NCBI RefSeq assembly: GCF_964355755.1
Contig: NC_092678.1
Span: 25,561,365 to 25,625,364 of the forward strand
DNA from: Antedon mediterranea
Lineage: Eukaryota > Animalia > Echinodermata
Direction: 5' to 3'
Length of the DNA: 64,000 nucleotides
Part shown: piece by piece, positions 1-11,300 of the stretch
Layout of the letters: every line of letters begins with the position of its first letter
How positions within the stretch are numbered: the first letter of the stretch is position 1
The notes under the pieces: model-generated
Database searches by the model: none
Told to the model about the DNA's origin: nothing
What the model saw: only the letters and a program-made list of their open reading frames with translations
Translations under genes and position numbers: made by a program

Positions 1-598
1 CAGAGTTCAAACTCAATGTTGCGTGACCAGCTGTTCCTCTTTAAAGACTATGTTTATGATTATTTACTTTGAATTTTTTTACCTGTACAGCTTATTTCAA
101 ACTTTCAAAATTTAGTAAAAAAAGAGAACTGTAATGAATAAAACAAATCTATGAAAAGTTTTAAGTTGCTGATTAGTTTTGACCTTGCAAATATTTAGAC
201 TAATTGTAACTTGTGGTTTAATCCTAAAGAATTGGAATCAAACCCTGTGAAATATCCGGATTAACTTTTTAAACACTGAACAGTTACCATTTCATAAGCC
301 ACAGTAGCTTGGGCTTTAGGCTCATAACAGGTGGACATGTTGGCTGTAAACGCCAGCCATTAAAATGCCTTTAGCCAGTCTATTAATACTGTAGTACTCT
401 ACATTATAGTTTACAGAATTATCAGAATCTTCCAAAAGATACATACTGTCATCTGATGTGAATTCTCACAGAAAAATAGATTGAAGAAAAAAAGAATGTA
501 TTTTAATCCGCTACTATAATTCTACTATAACTCCTGTGATTAATAAACTAGACCTATAGTGCCCGCTATGGCACAAAAGAAATTTATTTATTTATTAC

Positions 599-674
599 CT
601 TCTCCAGCTTCTTCCAAATTTAAATCCAAAGACTTAATTCTGTCTTTCACACTTCCGATTCTTTTCTCCTCCAT
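599..674 (-). CDS. Candidate alternative first coding exon of the left-hand gene (MEEKRIGSVKDRIKSLDLNLEEAGE)
   Basis: aaaATGG start context, 76-nt open frame, AG|gtaata donor in phase 1, matching the other exons of this gene. Confidence 0.55.
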
Positions 675-1993
675 TTTGACTAAACTTATCCACGTAAATA
701 TAGAACTGTATTGACCGATATCAAAGTGATCAAATAAAATGTTAATGACTGCCTATATACACAACACTGTTTATAGTAGATAGCAGGTATACCTAGGACT
801 CTACTAAATTCCTTACGCAACACACAATTTACATATTACGTTGTTCCTTAAAATATAAACATCCTTCTTGACAGCTATAATTATATTATATCTTCACGAA
901 TAAAGTTGAAGTAATGACCGGTATTTTTCCATAGTTTTTAATTCTCTGCAGCTTCAACTTCCATTTGTTCTTCAATGGGTATTAGTTATTAAATCAGTAC
1001 TCTGCCCATATAAGGATAACACAACAACTGGTATGAACAAACACTACCATCCCACTAGGGTTGGTCAGATTATCAGTGGACGTCTACTTCAACTTTTAAA
1101 TCCACGTTCTAAATTAGTTTAGCACTCCTCTTCAATCACAAACAGAATACAATGAAACTCTCTTACAACTTGACAAAAGCTAACCAGGACATTGCATCTC
1201 AACAAACTTTATGTAGATGTATGCTTTGAAGCGATAAAAACGCCTTTCATTTTTAATTGAAGTTTGTTGCGCTTCAACGAATTGACCTTTTGACAATTTA
1301 TTCCCATCGATACTAGACAATATCAGGATAGTTTGCATAAAAGTACAGTAGTATAAATAGTGTTTGTATCGTTAGCAGTAGGAATAAATAATAAATATTT
1401 ATTTCAATGACAGTTTATTTCACATTAAACTCAATAAAAATTTATTGATCAATCAATAATATCAATGTCACGGCTGTTTCAAGGAAACGTATAAAAATAG
1501 ACTTTATTTATGTTGCTATGGGTAATTAAAAGTAGAATAAGCATATTATCAATTAATGATGAGATAAGTTTAAGGAAAGGACGGCAAAAACTATTATAGC
1601 CAAGGAAGTATTTTGCTGACAAAACCAACTTTTAATGAAATTTAATTTCCAAAAATGATACTCATGCTATGTCTCTAGTACTAGAGGGATAGAGTACTGT
1701 CTCTAATCATGAACCATTTATTTACAAAATTGGTGGCGTCCCCTAGAAAGCAAATGTCATTACGAAATGAATATATTTAATAATAAAAGAAAAAAAAACC
1801 TATGCTTGAGTCAGGGACGCCAAAACAAAACAGACGACAAAAAAAAAAAAAAATAGTCTTTATGATATTACTGGCAGCTTACATTTAACATCAATATTGC
1901 AGATTCTTAGTAGCTTGTACAAAAACGTTTGGTTGAGTGGCAGGGTGCATAAAGGTTACAGGTTCGAGGGTTATTACACTCCGTTTTGCTTAC

Positions 1994-2033
1994 TCGTTAA
2001 TTTCCTTTTTCTGTCCATCTTGGCGTATCGCAT
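1994..2033 (-). CDS. Candidate short alternative first exon (MRYAKMDRKRKLT)
   Basis: ATG-led 40-nt frame ending at a gtaagc donor, phase 1. Confidence 0.3.
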
Positions 2034-2311
2034 GTAATGAATTTGTTTTTGGATATGTTTTGTATTTGCTTACAAATGTTTCTGTCTTGTAATTATTAAC
2101 TCAAGAAACGAAACAAATTCAGGCCAGCTGTTGGCTTTAGAAATTATTGGCATTTGTATTTTTACTTGGACTGGATATCAGTACTTTAGTTGGTCACTTG
2201 ATTTCCTGAACCTGGAATATTCTTTTCCTTAGTAGCAGGTCCAACTTTTCTTGACCATAACCTAATAGAAAAGGTGTGTTATGTATACCAAAAAAAAACT
2301 ATGAGACCTAC

Positions 2312-5300
2312 CTTCTTCTTCTTCTTCTTCAGGACCATTTACTGAAACAGTGTATAAATCAGGTGACGGCGTCTCACGAGGCATTCTAGTATTGTCCGGC
2401 GGTTTTGTATCATTATTTTGTGCTCTAAGAAAAAGTCCCTTTAGGTTTTTCATCGGCAAAGTGTTCCCACTAAGATCTGCTAAATTAGGTACTGATCTGG
2501 AACGCCTTCTTGAAAAGAACTCATCGTCTCTCGTCGCAGAGCTCGGTCTCAATGGTACATTGTTCAATGGGTCAAAGTCGAATTCTAGATCTGCAAAATG
2601 ACAATTTTAAATTATTTTTACTTTCTGTGCAAAAAACAAATGAGAAAGTTATTGTAACTTAAATAGATGAAAGGATAAGAAAAAATGTTTTGAAGACTGA
2701 TAAAAGTTCCCACGACCGAGAACCACTTCTGCTTGATGTAGATACCTAAATTCAAACCATCTTTTTTACTTTACATATAATTTGTTTTGTTTAACGTTGA
2801 CTTTTTGGAACTTTTTCTTTAAATACATTTGTTCTTTATTTGTCGATTATACCAGATTACAATTTACAATCAAATGAATATTATTTTTTTATACAGTAAT
2901 TGAAAATCCAATAATTTTTTCCAGTTAGTTACATTGGCAATAAGGCAATAAGGAAGTAAGGTAGATAATTTATTTTTAGTTGGAATCAGAAACCGAGTAT
3001 AGTCAACACTTGATGTCGTCCAGTTTTGTTTTTCAATGATTATGTTTAAAAATCAGGAAGTGTAAACTTTGCTTTAATGCTCTTTAGAATCGTTTTAACT
3101 ATTATCTCCTTTTTGTCAATACAGTTTCATTATCATTGCCTCGTTAGTTGCTGTTGTTGGTAATGAATACTTATTCTTGTTAGTACCGTACTTAGTCAGG
3201 TGGTTTTTAACTACCCACTATACCAAGGTTAAAATTGCTATACCCATTGTTTTTTACTACTACATTTTTATATACATACAATATTATTATTGTTTCACTG
3301 CCTCATTAGTTACTGTTGTTGGTAATGAGTACTTATACAGCAAACTCGACTCCTAATACCGGACTCTCTAAAAACCAGAAACTCTCCCAATACCAGACTT
3401 TTTCTTGAGGACCAAACGGTCCAAATTCATTTTTATCATTAACACATTTCCGAATACCAGACTTTCCGGAAAACCAGACATATTAAACTGGCCCAAAACG
3501 TGTCCAATATTGGGAGAGTTGACTGTACTTAGTACCGTACTTAGTCTGGTGTTTTTTTTACTCCCACGGTACCAAGGTGAAAATTCGCTACATCTTTGTC
3601 AGTACACCTTTATTACTGTAGTACTACATATATATACATATATACGATATTGTTTACAATTAGAAAAGTTCCCCACTATAGTTAAATTTCTCTCGCTATT
3701 ACATTTTGAAAGAAAAATCTTCATGAAATAAATAATAAGCATTGTTCAATTTGCTTTGTACTATTTGCTATTTTTGTGTGTTACGGTTCACCTACCAATA
3801 ATGTGTAAGGCTATGCATACAGGCATTTCGTTTACAGTTTTATATAATACATGTTTACTCTCTCAATATTATTACTGTACTTCCTATTATAGAAACTTAA
3901 GTGGAGAAACTTAAGTGCAACAAGTGGGGGAATGTGGCACATCTCTAAGGAATAGATACAGACAAGTATATTGATTGATATACTGATATTCTATGACATG
4001 CAGCGTTTTTTTTTTAAAGTTTAATTTTTTAGTGAATTTTAACAATTTTAAAATTTTTTATCTGTTTGAGAATTTTAATCTATTAATCCTCTTGTACCTT
4101 CATGTTTTAATGCCGTCAGTATATCTTTGTATTGTTTTTAAGAGGGCCTCTTCAAGTCAGCTGTACTGCTGTAGTACAGCTGTTAGAGCTAACCTTAAAA
4201 AAAAATGGATTCAAGATAATTGGTGACCACCTCTGTAAATCAGGAGATACAATTTGCTACCCATAATTTACGAAAGCCTCGTTCTATACCCCCAAAAACT
4301 TAGCTCCAAAAAAAGAGGGGAAAAAAGAGAGCAAAAATAGCTGCTTAAATATCTTAATTACCTCTGCCTTAAAAACATTGGACATATTTAATGGGGATGA
4401 GAAAGAAGTAAAATGCCTAGTGACAATTGTCCCATATTAAAATTGAAGTAACATACTTAAACTAATATTTGTAATTGAGGAAATCCTTATATTAGTTCAC
4501 CAGGACCTAAGTTGAACTCAATTGTACCCTGGGATTGGAACTAACAATTGATTTAAACAAATGAAATTCAAAACAAGTCAGCTATTCCAACCCTGAATGG
4601 TCGGGTTTAAATTAATATTGGCGTTGTTCCTCTTTTTTGGACAATAAATATACCTAAATATAGCTATATCTATACTTTATCTTATAAGCCCAAATATGAC
4701 AGTGATATGCCAAATATAGTGATATGACATTATCATGTCCATATATGGGCACATCACATTTTTTGTCACATAATGTTGTGTATACTGTAGACATAGCTTT
4801 ATGCAATAGGGCGGCCTACTTATAATGTACCTGTCAAAATCACAACAGTCATATAAATCAGTACACTTTATCACATAGTAATATACTGCCCTCAACTATC
4901 AGCGGTTGACATAATATCTCAATAAGGAAGTTCATGTCATAAAATGGTTTGTTCAACTTTTCCCCTAATAATTGCACCCACGTTGGTTCCTAGGTATCGT
5001 TTTACACACAAACATTAAAAGAAAACCTGTTTAATCTAATAATATAAAAATAATGTGTATTTCCTGTTGCGTATGTCACGATTGAATGATGGTATCTAGA
5101 TTAGTAGTGCAGTATACCTTTTGAATCGTGCCAATGTGAAAAAGTACTTTAAAGTGAATCATTTGTTATATTGTTAATTTAGACAGAATTGTATTCACCT
5201 ACAGATTAAGAGTCTTTTAAGTTCCTCTTTTTCTATTAATTTAAAAAAAAAATAATTTAGGATATATACAACACATTTTTACAACTAAGTTCTAAAACTA

Positions 5301-8300
5301 TTGTATTTAGTTCCTACTAAGTTGATGCTAATTATTCTAAGAAAATCAACTGGTAACATTCTAAGTAGCAAGAAATGTTTTTTTCCTGGCTGTATTGGGA
5401 GTATACCTTTTTGCCTTACTAAACTGTAATATGTAATATCTATCGTAGACTTGGCCTACTCCACAAGTACTAGACTAAGTACTCCTAAGTCTAGTACTTA
5501 GCCAAGATAAGAAACTTTATTATAACTATTTTTATTATGTGAATGACCGGGTGATACCTGGTCTTAACTAACCTTCAAGACATACCCCATTTGGTCGATT
5601 CTTTCTTGTTTCACGATTTTCCCGACGTAGAATATCGACATGATCAATAGTGTACACAGTGTTATACATACTGCCATTATTCAAAATTTATAAATCCATA
5701 CAATACTCAATTTTAGGTCACTTGAGGTCAATGACATATTTCCATATTGTTGATAGAGAAAAACAAATCTTGAAACTTGAAGCTGACTGTCACACAACAA
5801 GAATTCTTTTCTGATTGGAATACATTTAATGTGTAAATCTCCCAAATATAAAATTGACTGAAAACAAAAACCTAATACAGTTTGCTGATAAATGAAAAGT
5901 AATAAAAACTATAATTGAAAGTAAGCACCGAATGTGCGTTTGAATTTAGTTTTGTTTAGATCTAAATATTTGATAATGTACCACGGAAGTGTGAAAATAT
6001 ATCACCATCGAATACAACTATAATTTAATAATTGTATTATATTTTTATTTTTTTTTTTTTTATGACAGGGTTAAAGTTTAGGCTATGCCTCACCTGGCTA
6101 TAGTTTTTTTTTTAAGTTTTCACAAACGTGTTTGATGGACAATAATAATAAGTACAGTAGTAAAAAAAGTAGTTTTTGTTTGTAATTCAGGTTGTTAAAC
6201 ACAATAAAGTACTGAAAAGGTAAAATCCCCAAATTTAGAGTAATTTTCATACCTGTAATTTAAATTGATATACAAGACATTTTGTCTATCAATTTCACAA
6301 ATACAGTGTATGAAAACTGCCACCAACTTCTATTAAATTATATTAAAAACCTATTTTGTACAAGTTAATAAATAGTAAGTAAATTAATATAGTTATGTAT
6401 TGTAGTTAATTGTGTGTTTAAATGCTGCAGTGGTGGATCCAAGATCCATCTAAAAATGTTCAGAAGGACTGAGCTTAATTTTCTTTGCAATTTGCGAAAA
6501 TTTAAGGGGAAGGGGTGGGTGGGCGGTCCAGCTGGGGGTGGGTGGGCGGTCCAGCTGGGGGTGGGTGGGCGGTCCAGCTGGGGGTGGGTGAGCGGGCCAG
6601 CTGGGGGTGGGTGAGCGGGCCAGCTGGGGGTGGGTGAGCGGGCCAGCTGGGGGTGGGTGAGCGGGCCAGCTGGGGACTCCTTGGATCCGCGCCTGATATG
6701 TATTGTAAGATGGTTCTCATTCTATAAGCTTCTACCCACTTTCCGTTCTTTTATTCTCAACGTATTCAAAAATATTGTGCTATTAATTTTGTTTGTTTTT
6801 TCCCATAAGAGTGAAGAATGGAAATAAACGGATTAAAGATAGATTGAGATATAATTTATGACTCATTTAATTTACAATGTACTACTATAGCATCATGGCT
6901 GACACTGGATTAATACAGTAGTTTACCTTCCTGTATGTTGTGACTAAATTATGCTGTGATCAGACCTATTCTAGGAATAAGGAAGCCAGGTGGTGTACCT
7001 GAACATTATAAATAAAATGATCTGTACCTTTCTGTCATTTGTATTACCTGTCACTAGGACATATTTTAGTAGTCCTAATATGAAATGTTGTGATCACATA
7101 GAATTCTAGGAATAGGAAGGCCAGTGGTGTACCTTTATTGAATATTGAAAATCTGCACCTTTTAAATGTCACTAGGACATATATGGATAGTCCTAATAAG
7201 GAAAAGATTGTTGTGATCACGTAGAATGATTTTCTCCATAATCATTTATAATGCGTCACATAAGCATTCATTAATTAATGATATTTTTTCTTGATTTATT
7301 TTGTTATTGTTATTTTCTACACACCATTAATAAAAATAAATGTTTAAAAAATGAAAAAATTACCTAGTTTATCTTCGTCATCATCATCGTCATAGAAACT
7401 TGTTTTCATCATCGGTGATCCGTGTTGGCATCGTGGCCGGGACGAGCCAATCATGTTCACAGCATCAGCCTTCTTCTTCAGGCTCTCCTTATCGAACGAG
7501 GACCGTTCTTTCTTCTTCACCGTACTGCCTGAGGAGTTGTAATCACCTTTAAGAGAACATACAGGGTTGTAAACAAAATCCAAAAAAATTGTCTGATTTG
7601 AAAATATCCTTTTACAGTACACACATTGTACTAAGGTTATATTTGTATTGTTAGCTTGGTTGACGGCCATGTTGGTATTGGTGGGGAATATTCCGAATGA
7701 TTTTGTGTTACGCAAACATAAGTATTTCCTTTTCCTGAGCACAAGATAACAACAATATCCTATACCACTGTCAAAAAAAATCAATAATGCGAATTGACTT
7801 CTAAGCATACACAATACAGTTTAATTCCACCCTGTCGTTATTCATCCATCAGATGTTGATTTTAACAAGTCTAATTTTACACTTAAACTCCCTCGTTTTT
7901 ATATTTGGGTAATCAAAATAAAATGCTGAATAAATTACAGTAACTTATCAAGTTACAACAAATTTAAATATGTTATATACAGTATGTTTAGTTTACTTTG
8001 TGTACGAAAAATATTTGTGCACAATAAATAAAAAAAAACATTAACATGAAAAATTGACTTGATTGACTTAGTAGAGAAACTATATTTTAATTTTAAAAAA
8101 GCAAGCAAACAAAACACAATATGTGTCTTAAAATATACCATTAAAAATAATCTAATAAAAAAAATAAATTAAAAATAATCTAATTGTACTAGTTTTATTT
8201 CACAAAACAATTAAATAATTTTGATTATTTCGTTTGCGCTTAACATTTTTTAATTACGGCAAAGTTATTTATAAAAATATAGTATGTTCTTTAATTCTTC

Positions 8301-11300
8301 AAAACAAGTTTTGTTTAAGATGGCATAAAGATTTAATTGTACCTTTAGAGAGTGTAGAAATGTATAAGGTCATCGTAGCCAAGGGTCAGCAACAATAAAA
8401 CCTTGTTTAAATTGTCATTAAAAACTTTTTATATATCACTTCAGGAAGTCATAACTAAGATAAAGGTACAATTGAATTAGAGTTTGAAACAAAAGCAATT
8501 TACTATGACAAACAATTTGTACTTTAATAAAAAAAACTGGCAAACTTTGGGTAACATAAAAGATTTGACCAATCACACTAAGCGATGGATTATTTGAACG
8601 GTTGCTTGTGATTGGTCAACGCGCTTGCATTATGTTTACGTCTTTGCGTTGCACCCTAGTGGGAACCATCATAAGATAAAGTTTAACAGCAGGAAACTGC
8701 GGAAGTGTATAAATAATAATTTTAGTTTTCTCGCTTATTACTCATTAAGCTCTATCTACACTATCAAACTAGTTTGACAAAAGTGTGATGTGCGCAAATA
8801 TGGTAGTGATATGCCTAATTATGGTGGTGATATGACATATATGGTCACATCAGATTTTTTTTTTTGTCACATAAAGCAATAATTTTAGTTTTCTCGCTTA
8901 TTACTCATTAAGATCGGTCTACACTATCAAACTAGTTTGACAAAGTGTGATGTGCGCAAATATGGTAGTGATATGTCCAAATATTGTGGTGATATGTCCA
9001 AATATGGTAGTGATATGTCCAAATATAGTAGTGATATGTCCAAATATGGTGGTGATATGTCCAAATATGGTGGTGATAATAAATTAAATAAATAAGATAT
9101 ATGGACACATCAGATTTTGTTGTCACATAAAGTATAATAGTTTTAGTTTAATTGCTTATTACTCATTCAGATCTAGTTTATAGTATTATCATGATCTGAC
9201 CACAAACTATAGCGTCATCATCATTAGTAATATAGCGCACATATCCTATGAGAAGAATTTAATTTTTTTAATTGTAGAATATAAGTTGGCTATAGCTATT
9301 TAATGAGAGATAAATTTTGTGTTCACCACAGATTAATCATTTCCTGTCCCATAAAATATTTCTACAATAGGGCCTATTTTTACAATAGTAGTATTGTCAA
9401 TAATATTATCTTTTTAATTTGCACTTTCATCAGTAACTAATTTTTGTGCTTCTTACATTTTCTGTGGATTGTATTATTATTATTATTATAAAATAATTTT
9501 TTTATTACTAAATACTAAATATTTATAAATAATATTTTTTTGTTCAGAAATAGAAAAGTGGAAAATCTGAAAAAAAGTTCCATTGAAGGCAAAATGTGAA
9601 ATTAAGACTGGAAACAACAACTAAAATCTTAATCTAATCTAATCTTAAATCAAGAGGATTGATTGATCAAAATCAAAACGTACTGGGATTGATCTACTAG
9701 CGTTCCTGCTCCTAAAAGAAGCACTGTCAACAATCAAGTAACAGACCAAACAAACAGCCAAAATGGAAGACAAAATGGAGAACAAAAATCAGTAAATAAA
9801 TTCTGTCAGGCAGATTAGAGGTGAACTAGTACAGACTAAACTCGCAACCAACAATTCTCCAAAAAGGAAGTAATGTCTTCAGAAACGCTTTAATGACGTC
9901 CCAAAGTGGAAATTAGAAAGGTCGTTTATGGGTCTCCAAGGCAACCACGTGAAGCACACTCACTTTGCGGTGAAGTGAGCACATGGAGTTTATTGTAGAA
10001 GAGGATACTACTTTCACTGTTGACATGTATGAGCTCATCAAACTAATTTCAAAACTAGACTCTTTCAAAAATAAAAGTTTTTATTCTTTTAAAAAATATA
10101 ATTGTATTGCTATTAAAGTTCAAAAACCTTGAGATCATCAAAGGGAGTACCCATCTATGTCCCTTTTCTTTCTTGTTTTTGTTATTTTCATGTTTAAAAA
10201 TATTTTTCTGATGATCCCACGTAGTTCTGCTGCTTTTGTGTTTCGTTTCGTTTATTCGACCAGCATAAAATCAATATAATATAAATATATAGAAAAAAAG
10301 AAATGAAAAAATGTTGGGCAGCTTAAGCAAAATACATCGCTGTAACTCAAATGAGATTATTACTTTATAAACCATTTATATTATACTGTACTATTATATT
10401 AGCATCTCTAAAATGAACAAATAAAGATTACATAATTATCATTTACTCAACATCATGGGTGTAGAGCTAACTACGGGAATATTGTTTTCAATGTAAGAAG
10501 GCAGGTGCTGATTTAGGCGGGGGATAACTCTAGGGCCCACCCCCTAAAATTTAACAGCCATTTCTTTTAAAAAATAAAATAATGACTATTTTTATTATTC
10601 TGCAACCTGGTGGATCGTTATCATTTATGAAATATTTAGCCCTCCCACCAATCTATAATGCTGGATCCGCCCCTGAGTATTTTTTATTTTTCTGCAACCA
10701 TCAATGGATCGTTTTTATCATTTATGAAATATTTATAAATTTAATTTATAAATCTATAATGTTGGATCCCCTGAAAGGTAGGTACCAATCCAGTTATCAG
10801 ACATGGTAATGTTATACTAAACATTGTTGAACATTTGCCATTATATAATGTAAATGTTATATTATATATCTTCATTTCAGGTTTCTTTTTACTGTAACTC
10901 TGTACATCCGGTACTGAACGTGTTTACAATAACAAGTTGATTAACCTATAGATGGTGTGTTGTTAAATAAAACAGTTTACTTCCTGAACACGGCCCTGAA
11001 CACAAAATGTAATAATATAATAACAATAATAATTTTAAGATGAACAGTAGAAGAACAGAGGGCTCAAGATAAAATACACAATTGGAACATTTTGTTCAGC
11101 TACAGTGATAGGGTTCACTTCACTCACCTGGTCTCCCCAATTTCAGGTCAGGGTCACCCACCTCTCCCTATCCCCAAACTTGAATCTTTCCCCACCCCCA
11201 TAGTATGGACTTCTGTTGCCAATTGAGTTGAATGTTTATTTATTTATTGTAACAATATTTTACGAGGGTGGTCCATCCAGCCGAAGCTGATCATTAGGGA

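Noticed and set aside
6414-6827. Pro- or Gly-rich ORFs here and at 25004-25207
   Set aside because: Artefacts of G-rich minisatellites
8932-9126. His/Trp-rich repetitive ORFs (YHHHIWT, PKYGSD) here and at 20377, 45688 and 54514
   Set aside because: They are translations of the 21-bp internal repeat of MITE family A, with no splice context or coding signal
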